Shown here: positions 38,302 to 48,454 of the stretch, piece after piece
Numbering within the stretch: the stretch's first letter is position 1
Layout: each line of letters starts with the position of its first letter
NCBI GenBank assembly: GCA_050331235.1
Contig: JBHJHA010000046.1
Location: forward strand, 1-64,000
Length of the DNA: 64,000 bases
Source: Leptolyngbyaceae cyanobacterium
GTDB taxonomy: Bacteria; Cyanobacteriota; Cyanobacteriia; Phormidesmidales; Phormidesmidaceae
Direction: 5' to 3'
Notes under the pieces: generated by a model
What the model was told of the DNA's origin: nothing
Database searches by the model: none
What the model saw: the letters and a program-made list of their open reading frames with translations, nothing else
Position numbers and translations under genes: made by a program

Positions 38302-39858
38302 TCACAAATCCAGCGCTTCATGGCGATAGGGCTGCCAGCCACGCTTGTGCTTTTCCGTGATTAAAGGCGTGGCTGTGAGTTGCAGGGGAATTCCCTCATT
38401 CACGTCAACTCTTAAAGCCGTATAGGGTCGCCGCAGGGTTGAGCCTTTGCCCGATCGTCCCAAAAACAAATGGGATGTCGCGACTATCTGCTCTTGCCCT
38501 CCGACTGATTCCCTGAGTTCACTACCTTGGGAGCGTTGTCGCCGTAAGCTGTAGCCGCTGCCACCGCAGACAATCCAGGGAATGTGCGCGTCGCCGTGGC
38601 CGGTATCCCCCGTGCGGAGATATTCAAAACAGTGGGCATGGCCGCAAAGCACTAGATTTAACAACGGGGTGCCCTGGGTCAGGGCTGACACCTCGACTTG
38701 CACCGCATCCAGCACGCGGCGGAGATGATGGCGCACGGCCAAAGTTTGTCCCTGAAACCACTTGGTGGCTTCTGTGACATAGGGGGGATGGTGAAAAAAC
38801 ACGATACGTCCCCGGACCGCCGGGTCGCGCCAAGATGCAATCAGGCGATCGCGGAACCAATCTAGCTGTTCATAATCGACGACCGCAGGACTGACGTGGT
38901 CTAGCTGTTTGTCGATGTCGTAAATGGCTTCGTCGAGTTCTTCCAGCTCGCCCGTGAGGTCATCGTGATCTTCATCGCTCATAGGATTCGCCACAGCAGC
39001 GCCTAATTCCCTGAGGATATGAGCCTTTTCCGCTGCGAGTTCCTGGCGTTGGGCGGCGAGCTGGGCCCGGGTGTGATATAGATTATCCGGGTCATCTAGG
39101 GGCAGCGGCTGGTTGAGGGTGTTGGAGTCCAGCGCAAAGAAGTCAATGCCGCCATAGCGAAAGGTGTAGTAGCGATTGGGTAAGCGGGTAAAGTGACTTG
39201 GGCGATAGGTTAAACAGCGATCGCGCCCAAAGTAACTGTCATAGTGTGTATCCAGATGAGCACCGAGCTGGGCGTCAGGAATGCCCTGTAGGTAATCGAT
39301 GAAGGCCCTAGCGTAGGCATCTCCCTGAAAGGAACCATGCCAGCCAATATCAAGGTCGACATAGGAGCGCAGCGCATAGCGCAGGGGGCCGCCCAAGCCC
39401 GATAAAAGACCCAGCAGTCGGGGCAAATCATAGTAGTCATGGTTGCCCAGCACCGGAAAGAAGGGGCGCTGAAAGATCATGCGATCGTAGGCAATTTTCT
39501 GATACTTTTCGCCCCCGAGCAGCCATTCCCGATAGGGACGAATAAAGTTAGCGCGATATTGTTCGCTAGAGCCTACGAGGTAAACGACATCCCCTGTGTG
39601 CAATGTAAAATCAGCGTCTTGGCCATATTTCAGCAGGCACTCGGCGACTCGGCGCTGGGGATTGCTGCCCCGGTGACGCCCTGTACCGCTGTCGCCTAAG
39701 ACCAAAAAAGAGAACCCTACAGGGGCCTCAAGGGTTTCAGCGATGGATAGACGAGTTTGGTCGATGTGGCGCTGGGTAACTTTCTCATGTTGCCAACGAA
39801 CGCGTGCTCGCATCCGGCGGATTTTGACATCGATTTGAGGTTCAGTAATCAGTTTCAT
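38302..39858 (-). CDS. Calcineurin-like metallophosphoesterase with coiled-coil insertion
   Basis: GDSG, GDVVY, GNHDY, HHPPY, GHAH. Confidence 0.9.
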   Translation of the reverse strand: MKLITEPQIDVKIRRMRARVRWQHEKVTQRHIDQTRLSIAETLEAPVGFSFLVLGDSGTGRHRGSNPQRRVAECLLKYGQDADFTLHTGDVVYLVGSSEQYRANFIRPYREWLLGGEKYQKIAYDRMIFQRPFFPVLGNHDYYDLPRLLGLLSGLGGPLRYALRSYVDLDIGWHGSFQGDAYARAFIDYLQGIPDAQLGAHLDTHYDSYFGRDRCLTYRPSHFTRLPNRYYTFRYGGIDFFALDSNTLNQPLPLDDPDNLYHTRAQLAAQRQELAAEKAHILRELGAAVANPMSDEDHDDLTGELEELDEAIYDIDKQLDHVSPAVVDYEQLDWFRDRLIASWRDPAVRGRIVFFHHPPYVTEATKWFQGQTLAVRHHLRRVLDAVQVEVSALTQGTPLLNLVLCGHAHCFEYLRTGDTGHGDAHIPWIVCGGSGYSLRRQRSQGSELRESVGGQEQIVATSHLFLGRSGKGSTLRRPYTALRVDVNEGIPLQLTATPLITEKHKRGWQPYRHEALDL

Positions 39859-40114
39859 ACCAGCAGGGAGCAACGATCAGTCAGTCAGCCAGTGGCGGCG
39901 TATCCAGCGGCGTCACCCCACTTTATGTCGTTTGACCGTCCACAGCGACCTTCTCAAGTCGGAACTCGTTTGACGAATTGTGAACCCGGAACGCGGCTAC
40001 TGCCAACGCGCCGGCAGTAGCCCCTAAAAATAAACCCTTCCCAAGTGGCCGTGGGAAGGGGGAAAGAACGGTGACAAATCAGTAGCAATTGGCCCACTCG
40101 TTGAAGGGGTCTGA

Positions 40115-40288
40115 CTAGAGCCGGTAGCGGACCCCGCGATAAATCATTTCACCCGCTGGGCGATCAGCGACTAAGGCCTGTTTGATTTGATAGCGTTGAC
40201 CGCGAAAGGTGGCTACGAGCTGGGAGACGGGCGCTTCGCAACCAATTTTTTGGTTGACGTAGGACTGGCCATGGAATATGAGCTGCAT
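40115..40288 (-). CDS. DUF4278 family small protein (57 aa; not in ORF track)
   Basis: MQLIFHGQSY...ATFRGQRY...MIYRGVRYRL*: three repeats of the [YF]RG.xY motif; RBS GAGG upstream. Confidence 0.8.
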   Translation of the reverse strand: MQLIFHGQSYVNQKIGCEAPVSQLVATFRGQRYQIKQALVADRPAGEMIYRGVRYRL

Positions 40289-40581
40289 AGTGTTGATGCC
40301 TCAATAGGTAGATGTATCTAGGCTGAAATTCTCAGCTTTAACTGCCTGTTAATAGGCTATTTCGAGAATGTTTGCGTTGATGTGTGACCCGTGTTTGCGA
40401 TGTGTATAAGATTTGACTCGGCGGCGTCTCCGCGCGATCGCCCCTGGCATTTTCTCTCAGTCCGTTAAGGCGTGAGCGGTTGCTGAGCGATCGAGGATCT
40501 ATTTCAGATCGTTAGGCATGTCACAGGGAGAATTTGTCATTATGGGCACAGGTTATTTGCCCCTTTCTTTGCCAGCTCTCA

Positions 40582-43119
40582 ATGACTATGTTTTCCCCTG
40601 TCGATCGGTCGATCCGCCCTGCGCAAATCAGCCTGCCGGAACTACTGGCCCCCGCTGGCAATTGGGACTGTGCCAAAGCGGCGGTGGAAAACGGAGCCGA
40701 CGCCATCTATTTTGGGCTTGATCGCTTCAATGCGCGGATGCGGGCGGACAATTTTACCGAGGCAGATCTGCCTGACCTCATGGCCTTTTTGCATCGTCGC
40801 GGGGTCAAAGGCTATGTCACGCTGAACACACTCATTTTCACCGCTGAGCTGCCGGCTGCTGAGCAGTATCTCAGAACGGTTATTGCGGCGGGGGTCGATG
40901 CCGCGATCGTCCAAGACATCGGCCTCTGTCGGTTAATCCGACGTCTATCGCCCGATTTTCCCATCCACGCCTCTACGCAAATGACGGTGACGAGCGCCGC
41001 TGGGGTCGCGTTTGCTCAGGAGCTCGGCTGTCAGCTCGTTGTCTTAGCGCGGGAAACGTCGCTCAAAGAAATTGATCGCATACAGCAGCAGCTCAGCGAT
41101 CGCGCCGTCGCCATGCCGTTAGAGGTCTTCGTGCACGGGGCGCTGTGTGTGGCCTATTCGGGGCAGTGCTTGACCAGTGAGGCTCTGGGTGGGCGCTCAG
41201 CCAATCGGGGAGAGTGTGCCCAAGCCTGCCGCATGACCTATGACTTGATTGCGGATGGTCAGCCAATCGATGTGGGCGATCGCCAATATTTGCTCAGCCC
41301 CCAAGACCTCTCGGGTTTGCCGGTGCTGTCTGAGCTGATTACCGCTGGGGTGGCCTGCCTTAAGATCGAAGGCCGACTAAAAGCCCCAGAATACGTGGCA
41401 AATGTCACCCAGGTGTATCGCCGCGCCTTGGACCGAGTTGCGGCGCAGCTCTCGCCAGCGGCCCCCACCCCACCCCACTATCGCCCCAGTGACGACGAAC
41501 GCTATCGGCTAGAAATGGCCTTTTCTCGCGGGCTGTTCACCGGCTGGTTTGAGGGCATTGATAATCAGTCCCTCGTCCATGCCCGGTTTGGCAAAAAGCG
41601 GGGGGTTTACCTCGGTAAAGTCCAAAAGATCAACCAAGAAGGTATTCTGCTAGAGCTCCAGGCCCCCGTAAAAGCGGGGGATGGTGTGGTGTTTGATCAT
41701 GGACATCCCGCTGCCAAGGAAGAAGGCGGCCGCGTCTATGCTGTGCAGCACCTGGGAAAAGCTACACTGCTGACTTTTGGTCGTCGCGATGTCAATCTCA
41801 GCCGCCTAAACGTGGGCGACTACGTTTGGAAAACTAGCGATCCTGAGCTTGATAAACAGGTGCGGCAAAGTTATGCCGGAGGTACGCCTAAGTTTCAACG
41901 GCCGATGACCCTCGAGGTGCACGGCTGCGTTGATCATCCACTGACGGCGATCGCCCGCGATGCCCAAGGCCACATTGCTCAAGCCGCGTCGGCAATGCCG
42001 CTCGTGGCGGCCCACAACACACCCCTCAGCACCGAAAAGCTGACCCAGCAATTTAGCCGGTTGGGCAATACCCCTTTTCACCTAGAAAACCTGACGAATC
42101 AGGTTGAGGGGGACGTGATGCTGCCCGTTAGCGAACTCAACCGGTTGCGGCGAGCCTTGGTGGATAGGCTCGATCAGCAGCGATCGCGGCCCCAAGTTTG
42201 GCAACTCTCTGAAGCTGCGGCCCTGCCCACGCTGCGGCCCCCGTCACCTCCTCCTGCAGCCGCTTCGCCGGAGCTCGTTGCCCTAGTGCGTAACCAGGCC
42301 CAGCTCGCGGCGGCGATCGCCACCGACATCGCGACTATCTATTGTGAGCTGGAGAATCCTGCCGCGTATAAAGACCTGGTCCATTGGTTTCGCCAGCACC
42401 GCCGTGCGGAGACGCAAACGATTTGGGTGGCCCCACCGCGCGTTACTAAGCCCCTCGAAAATTATATTTTGGAGCAGGTGGCGCGATCGCAGGCGGACGG
42501 CTATCTGGTGCGCAACTATAATCAGCTTGCCTGGTTCCGCGATCGGCCCTGCATTGGTGATTTCTCCTTAAATGTGGCGAATCCGCTGACGGCCGCCTAT
42601 TTCAAAGACCACTACGGTCTCGAACGGTTGACCGCATCCTACGACCTGAATATTGATCAGCTAGAAGCGCTGCTGCAGGGGAGTCCGGCCGATTGGTATG
42701 AGATCACGCTGCATCAACACATGCCGCTGTTTCACATGGAGCACTGTGTATTTTGCGCCTTTTTGTCTGACGGCAAAGATTTTCGCGACTGTGGTCGCCC
42801 CTGTGAAACCCAGACCGTGACCCTGCGCGATCGCACCGGCACGGAGCACGTGCTGCAAGCGGATGCGGGCTGCCGCAACACTCTTTACAATGGCGTGGCG
42901 CAAACGGGGGCCGAGTATGCCCAGCGCTTGATCAAAGCGGGGGCACGACGGTTTCGAGTTGAGTTTTTGGATGAGTCAGCGGAGCAGGTGGCCCAAACCC
43001 TGGCGGATTATCAAAAACTGCTCTCGGGCCAGCTCTCGGGGGCAAAGCTCTGGAAAACTCTGAAGCTAGAGAGTAAGCTCGGCGTTACCCGTGGCCCACT
43101 AGATAAAGCTCATCGCTAG
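40582..43119 (+). CDS. U32 family 'peptidase' with DUF3656 (RlhA-like Fe-S RNA hydroxylase)
   Basis: PELLAPAG, HASTQM, EVFVHGALCVAYSGQC, NRGECAQACR, KIEGR; start uncertain. Confidence 0.9.
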   Translation: MTMFSPVDRSIRPAQISLPELLAPAGNWDCAKAAVENGADAIYFGLDRFNARMRADNFTEADLPDLMAFLHRRGVKGYVTLNTLIFTAELPAAEQYLRTVIAAGVDAAIVQDIGLCRLIRRLSPDFPIHASTQMTVTSAAGVAFAQELGCQLVVLARETSLKEIDRIQQQLSDRAVAMPLEVFVHGALCVAYSGQCLTSEALGGRSANRGECAQACRMTYDLIADGQPIDVGDRQYLLSPQDLSGLPVLSELITAGVACLKIEGRLKAPEYVANVTQVYRRALDRVAAQLSPAAPTPPHYRPSDDERYRLEMAFSRGLFTGWFEGIDNQSLVHARFGKKRGVYLGKVQKINQEGILLELQAPVKAGDGVVFDHGHPAAKEEGGRVYAVQHLGKATLLTFGRRDVNLSRLNVGDYVWKTSDPELDKQVRQSYAGGTPKFQRPMTLEVHGCVDHPLTAIARDAQGHIAQAASAMPLVAAHNTPLSTEKLTQQFSRLGNTPFHLENLTNQVEGDVMLPVSELNRLRRALVDRLDQQRSRPQVWQLSEAAALPTLRPPSPPPAAASPELVALVRNQAQLAAAIATDIATIYCELENPAAYKDLVHWFRQHRRAETQTIWVAPPRVTKPLENYILEQVARSQADGYLVRNYNQLAWFRDRPCIGDFSLNVANPLTAAYFKDHYGLERLTASYDLNIDQLEALLQGSPADWYEITLHQHMPLFHMEHCVFCAFLSDGKDFRDCGRPCETQTVTLRDRTGTEHVLQADAGCRNTLYNGVAQTGAEYAQRLIKAGARRFRVEFLDESAEQVAQTLADYQKLLSGQLSGAKLWKTLKLESKLGVTRGPLDKAHR

Positions 43120-43144
43120 AAAACTAGTCGGGGGACTGCTCTTT

Positions 43145-43687
43145 CTAAAGCAGGATCCGAACGTTAATCTCAATTTCTGGAAACGCTAGCGGGGCAATGA
43201 CTCCTTCGCTGAATCTTCGTTCGAGGCGATAATCATCGTTTTGAGGGTCCCGATATACAATCAGTTCACCATCTCTCAAGTTAGCGACCCAATAGTCTCC
43301 AATGCCAGCCGCCGCATAGGCGTGCCGTTTCTCATCGGTATCCTTTTCCAGCGAAGAGTTGGCAAACTCAATGATCAAAAAAACGTCCGTTGGCGTGGGG
43401 TGCCCCTGCCGGTATGCTTGTCGCCGCACTAGCGCAATGTCGGGCTCAGGTTCACTCCCGGTCGCAGCAATAGTGATAGGTTTGGCATCTCTCACCTGAT
43501 AGCGCCCCTGCGATCGCGTGATAAAAAACTCCGCCACCCCCGTTGAGAGATCTGCGTGATCTGGGCCTTCGGGAGCCATTTCTAATACCAATCCATTCAG
43601 TAACTCAACGCGGCGATCGTCCAACAATCCCGCCTCGATCATGCGGTGGTAGTCAGCGATCGTCCAACGCAGCAGAGTGGTTGTCAT
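43145..43687 (-). CDS. Uma2 family endonuclease
   Basis: YHRMIEAG, VELLNG, SEPEPDIAL, LIIE..SSLEKD..KR..YA.AGI.DYWV. Confidence 0.92.
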   Translation of the reverse strand: MTTTLLRWTIADYHRMIEAGLLDDRRVELLNGLVLEMAPEGPDHADLSTGVAEFFITRSQGRYQVRDAKPITIAATGSEPEPDIALVRRQAYRQGHPTPTDVFLIIEFANSSLEKDTDEKRHAYAAAGIGDYWVANLRDGELIVYRDPQNDDYRLERRFSEGVIAPLAFPEIEINVRILL

Positions 43688-43748
43688 AACTGTTTTCTCC
43701 CTAGCTTTTATCTAGGTATTACTGAGCAACTCTAATCTGAGCAGCCTT

Positions 43749-44405
43749 TCATGGGTTCATATTTTCATATAGAAAAAAGCAAGCTGACCGATAAGTCGTA
43801 ATCAAAACGTCATACACATGGATAAAATGACCACTCTCGTAAAAATAATTGAAGTCGCAAACAATTCCTCCACCTTCACCAGGAATCAACTTTTTACATG
43901 GAACGGGAGCCCCTCTTTCGTCGTAGGCTAGACCAGTTTGGATATCAACATTGCAGCCATAGCGAGTTATCTTTGTGCTTATCATATGAACAATAGGCTC
44001 GAATGAGGCTTGATATAGTCCTGAATCTTTGATCTCATATGCCTGCTTAGTATGTCTATAAAGTGCTGGAAAGTCTGAATGAACTAGTTTATTCCTTATT
44101 TGTGAACTTTTCTTCAATAGAAGTCTCAAAGACTCACTTATTATGTATTGGTTTAAGCTATCAAGTAAATCCGAATATCTTTCATAGCTGTCGTTGAGCA
44201 AATTATTCCTTCGTGCAAATTGCTGATACCCAGCACGAACGTTGTACTCAATCAAGCCACCAATGCCCGTCAATGCAAATAGCAATTTCTGCTCATCATC
44301 TGGAGAACGCTGCTTTCTTGAACCATGATCAGTCATTACATAGTTCAAGTAACTATTTATAATAGCCGTTGGATATTCAAGAAATGGAACTCTAACTTCA
44401 TTCAC
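43749..44405 (-). CDS. Hypothetical AT-rich protein with HEPN-like RxxxxH motif
   Basis: Helical-looking region with GGLIE and IRNKLVHS; no HIP1 sites. Confidence 0.6.
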   Translation of the reverse strand: MNEVRVPFLEYPTAIINSYLNYVMTDHGSRKQRSPDDEQKLLFALTGIGGLIEYNVRAGYQQFARRNNLLNDSYERYSDLLDSLNQYIISESLRLLLKKSSQIRNKLVHSDFPALYRHTKQAYEIKDSGLYQASFEPIVHMISTKITRYGCNVDIQTGLAYDERGAPVPCKKLIPGEGGGIVCDFNYFYESGHFIHVYDVLITTYRSACFFLYENMNP

Positions 44406-44806
44406 ATCAATTAATTAGCTCTGTATAAAATTGGCCGACTAATTTATTTGTGATAGCTGCACTTCTAATATGATACGGCCTTTCAACAAGATGTGCTTTT
44501 TTATAAGCGCACTGTTGGGTCTGAAGCAGCCATGAGATTTTTAAGCATATGCAGAAGTCGATACACATACAGCTCAAATATGATTTACCTATTTGAATCC
44601 TTAACTCGATTAGCATGGATCTATCGACAAAAACTGAATAGGCGTTAGCTAAAAATCTTAACAATCAAGCCGAGATATGAGTTTATACTTTCCAAGTAAA
44701 ATATCTGGCCATCTAAGGCTAAAACAACTCCAATAGCTGGGTTTAAATCGTCGACACTAAGGGCCTTCGGTTCTCATATCTACTAATTTTTCTGCTGTGG
44801 AGATGG

Positions 44807-45048
44807 CTATTCTGAATCGAGCTCTCCAGCTTCGCGGCGCAGCAAGTAATCCAAAACGCGGTCATGGCGCTCACTAGCGGCTGTTAGCGCTCTGATATCG
44901 ACCGCATTACGCCGAGTTTCCTGCGCGATCGCTTCAATATCTGGAGCATTCCTTTCAGCAACTCGAGAGGCTGGAATGAGCAGCTTTCAGCGCTATCTAG
45001 CAGCGACTCTGTACGATCAAACCGTGCTGTCAGGTCATCATTAGGCAT
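44807..45048 (-). pseudogene. Frameshifted small coiled-coil protein gene
   Basis: RBS GAGG + ATG 45048; adding one A at GAAAG restores MPNDDLTARFDRTESLLDSAEKLL...ERHDRVLDYLLRREAGELDSE*. Confidence 0.55.
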
Positions 45049-45064
45049 TGCTTAGTCCTCGCAT

Positions 45065-45166
45065 TTACTCGTTATTAAGTTCTGCCGCTTCACGGCGCAG
45101 CAAGTAACCCAAAGTTCAGTCATGCTGCTCGCTCGCTGTAACTAAACCCTCCACTTCTGGAAACGC
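45065..45166 (-). pseudogene. 3' remnant of a paralog of the 44807-45048 gene
   Basis: ...VTASEQHD*TLGYLLRREAAELNNE* matches ...TAASERHDRVLDYLLRREAGELDSE*; DNA direct repeat of ~44830-44880. Confidence 0.55.
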
Positions 45167-45236
45167 GGCAGTTTGTTCTCCAGAGACCTCGGTAACGCCA
45201 GCGTCATCGGCGTTCAGAGACTCTAAGCTAACTCGT

Positions 45237-46058
45237 TCAACCATATCTGAGGGGGGGTGGGGGCGGCACCGAGGTCTTCCGCCCCTGCCATATCCCCAGT
45301 CCTTGTAGCCCCAACAGCGTCAAGTAAGCCGGATTTAAGAATACGTACCGCTTCCACAACCGACCAGGTTCATGGAGCAGACGATATAGCCATTCCAGTC
45401 CGCGTCGCTGCATCCAACTGGGAGCCTGGGACATCCTTCCTGCATGAAAGTCAAACGCGGCACCGACGGCCAGACAGGGTAGGCTAATTAGCCGGCTGTT
45501 TTCATAAACCCAGACTTCCTGTCGGGGACAGCCCAGGCCAACGAAGACGATGGCGGCGCCGCTGGCACGAATGTCTTGGGCAATGGCCGCTTGCGCTTGC
45601 TCCGTAATCTGGGCAAACCGGGACGGTTGAGCCCCAGCAATGGTCAACCCCGGAAAGCGCTGTTTGAGATTCGCTTCCAGGGCCTCAAGTACAGACATGC
45701 GGCTACCGTATAAATAGATCGGCAGCCCCACTTGGGCCGCCTGCTCACAAACTTGCAGCATCAACGTAGGACCATAGACGCGATCGGGCAGTTGCGTCTG
45801 ATAGAGCCAGTTCAACGCCCAACGAACCGGTTGTCCATCGGGCACTACCAAATCGAGCTGATTTAGCCGATAGCCCTGCTCAGCATCGAGCACCCCCGTC
45901 ATAATGCCATGCACCGCCAATGCCGAGAGGGCCAAAGGTTGTCGAGACTTGGCAGCGGCGATAATCTGCTCAACCACAGCGCGGTAATTGATGGCATTGA
46001 CGCGGATACCTAAAACGTTGAACTTGCCGCTGTCAATGATTGGCGGGCTGTTCGCCAT
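45237..46058 (-). CDS. WecB/TagA/CpsF family glycosyltransferase
   Basis: PDGQPV, RVYGPTL, FVGLGCPRQE, VGAAFDF, APSWMQRRGLEWLYRL..EP.RLWKRY. Confidence 0.93.
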   Translation of the reverse strand: MANSPPIIDSGKFNVLGIRVNAINYRAVVEQIIAAAKSRQPLALSALAVHGIMTGVLDAEQGYRLNQLDLVVPDGQPVRWALNWLYQTQLPDRVYGPTLMLQVCEQAAQVGLPIYLYGSRMSVLEALEANLKQRFPGLTIAGAQPSRFAQITEQAQAAIAQDIRASGAAIVFVGLGCPRQEVWVYENSRLISLPCLAVGAAFDFHAGRMSQAPSWMQRRGLEWLYRLLHEPGRLWKRYVFLNPAYLTLLGLQGLGIWQGRKTSVPPPPPLRYG

Positions 46059-46516
46059 GACCTTAAGTGCTAACCGAGAAATGTTCATAAAATCGTTTTG
46101 CCATCATAACCGGGGGCGCTGCATTCATGACGACCCCGGTCTCCCTTGACTCTGAAAGGCGACTGCAAGCAGCGCAATCTCTCAGGGTGAGAGACTTTAG
46201 CACCTACCACAGCTACTCGTTAGGCAATTGAGTCAGCGGGGCATCGGTATCAACATAATTTGTGTAAAAGCCTCCTACCATGACAGCTTTTGCAAAAATC
46301 TCGGAATACTAGCGATAGCAAGCTGAGGATAAACAGCCTGGGCCGGCAGCCAACATAAACAAGTATCGCACCTTGCAGACGATGACCGGCAGAGTTGCCA
46401 GGCCACCAAGCCTTTGACAGCGGTTAGACGCAACAGTTGCCGGTAGTAATATCAACTATTCGCTATAGCCTCAGCAAAAAAGATTTCAATAGGCTAAGTA
46501 ACAGGTCTAAATTCAA

Positions 46517-48271
46517 ATGAAACATAACAGTTTATTAAAGGCTAATTTATCCTATTGGCTAGTGCTGATATTAGCTTGGCTGATGTTTGTAGTCATTTGC
46601 TCGCCCCTGCGAGAAACCGTAATAGATGACGATTTTGCCACCCTTCGGGAGGCTCAAAACTATTTGTCTTCAGGTAGCTATGTGCCCTCCCAGTGGACTG
46701 CTCCCTTCACGTTCCCACAAATTTTGTATGGGACTAAGGTTGCTGAATCACTGATTGGACTTATCTCTCTTCCAGCAGCGCTGAGGCTTTCTAACTTACC
46801 TTTCTCGCTGCTCGGAATTATTTCACTATTTATTATTTTACAACAACATACAATATCTAAAAAAGCAAGCCTGATTTGCTGCTTTCAGCTGATCGCTAGC
46901 TCTATATACATGTATTTGAGCTATCTGTTTTACTCAGACATTCCTGCTCTTGCTACGGGGTTACTGAGCATTGCTCTGTACAATTATGGATTATCAGGGA
47001 ATCGGAGACTGGCTTTTCTATTCGCCTCTTTATCCGCCTCTGCTTCGATTCTCTTCCGCCAAACGGGCATTGCCATTTTTATTGCCCTTATCCTATTCAT
47101 GCTGTTCAAAAAAGAGAAAGGAAAAGCAGCGCTTGCGATTACTGCGAGCCTGATATTGCCTATAGCCTGTATTTTTTATGTGTTTTCCCACCAGGCCAAT
47201 CCGGTGACTTTTGCTGCTATCACCCACAATGCTTTGCAGGCTGAATATTTGCGATCGCCCATAGCGATCGCCGTGGAATTTATCAAGAGACTCTCTCTAT
47301 TGACAATCGTGATCGTAACTCTGTCTGCACCGCTTTCATTTTTTGTTACTTGGTGCGTCTTTAGGGATATTCGTGACGATCAAGTCATGTCTACCAAAAC
47401 ACGATTCTTTGAGGGGCAGACTCAACTCAGTTCATCCCATCACCTGTTTCAATTGACCCTCTGTATTCTTTTTGTCATATCCATTTTGGTTAGCCGACTG
47501 ATTCAAGGAGAACCCATCTGGCTTCCTTATTTGCCATGGTATTACAGCTATGAGTTTATTCCGAAGGCGATTAGCAATCCATTGTTTAGCGTATGGGTAC
47601 TCTTATCTTCGGTTTTGGTTCTTTATATATTTTCATTATTCTTTTCGGAGAAATTGACTACTGTCACTCATCCTAAAGCTGGTCAGAATATCGTTTCTGC
47701 TTCGATGCAAATTTTTGGTAAGCTCACCCTTTTCGATTGGTTTGCTGTATCTAACTTGATATTGCTGCTTGCAATATTTAAGGTTGGAGATAAATATTTT
47801 ATTGTGTTAATTCCTTGGTTTTTAGTTTTCATCGGCAGGTACTTTCAATGTTTTATTGAAAAATATTTTTTGCTGATTTTAATGATTATGAGCTTGGTGA
47901 CGATAGGAAATGCGGCAATTCTAGACAAAAGTTATGCTGTCATGGAAGCAGAATTTCGAGCAGTCAGTCATCTTCAAGATTTGGGAGTGACAGACGACAA
48001 TATCTGGTACAGCATGGCTAGCTACACTAACTTTAATGATTATGTAGAAGAAGTTGGTATGATGCCGCCTCAAATAGAAAAGGGTATTTACTACGATTTT
48101 TTTAATCGTTGGGCGCCTGGGCGGGCAAGACAAGCGCAATACCACGTGGTGAGGCTTGGTGAGAGGGAAGATCAATGGACAATGGTCTCTGGAGAAATTA
48201 TCAACGAAATTGAGGTGCAACACTGGGGCAGATCGACTACCAAGGTTTTGACCGTAAGAGTTTTGCCCTAG
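46517..48271 (+). CDS. GT-C fold membrane glycosyltransferase (ArnT/PMT-like)
   Basis: DD motif after the first TM (IDDDF), YSDIPAL, RQTG; >10 TM segments; AT-rich. Confidence 0.7.
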   Translation: MKHNSLLKANLSYWLVLILAWLMFVVICSPLRETVIDDDFATLREAQNYLSSGSYVPSQWTAPFTFPQILYGTKVAESLIGLISLPAALRLSNLPFSLLGIISLFIILQQHTISKKASLICCFQLIASSIYMYLSYLFYSDIPALATGLLSIALYNYGLSGNRRLAFLFASLSASASILFRQTGIAIFIALILFMLFKKEKGKAALAITASLILPIACIFYVFSHQANPVTFAAITHNALQAEYLRSPIAIAVEFIKRLSLLTIVIVTLSAPLSFFVTWCVFRDIRDDQVMSTKTRFFEGQTQLSSSHHLFQLTLCILFVISILVSRLIQGEPIWLPYLPWYYSYEFIPKAISNPLFSVWVLLSSVLVLYIFSLFFSEKLTTVTHPKAGQNIVSASMQIFGKLTLFDWFAVSNLILLLAIFKVGDKYFIVLIPWFLVFIGRYFQCFIEKYFLLILMIMSLVTIGNAAILDKSYAVMEAEFRAVSHLQDLGVTDDNIWYSMASYTNFNDYVEEVGMMPPQIEKGIYYDFFNRWAPGRARQAQYHVVRLGEREDQWTMVSGEIINEIEVQHWGRSTTKVLTVRVLP

Positions 48272-48454
48272 CTAGAGCAAGTTTTGGAGCTAACCCGATG
48301 CTTCACAATTAGACTTGTTCGTTCGATATTCTGCTGATGGTGATAAGTTTTGGGCCCCTTTGCGGAATACTTGGGAGCATTAGAGCCGCTTTGGCGACTT
48401 TCCGCTAATGATCAAGCGCCAAACTATTGAAGTGTTATCTGATGCCCCAGCTTT

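Noticed and set aside
40308..40321. GTA-N8-TAG as an NtcA site for the DUF4278 gene
   Set aside because: Mismatched and only ~20 nt from the start codon
44407..44664. 85-aa ORF upstream of the HEPN-like gene as a possible antitoxin
   Set aside because: TTG start, no RBS, no nucleotidyltransferase or HTH motif
46089..46516. Possible structured RNA/riboswitch in the long divergent spacer
   Set aside because: Only short scattered complementarity; no recognisable consensus
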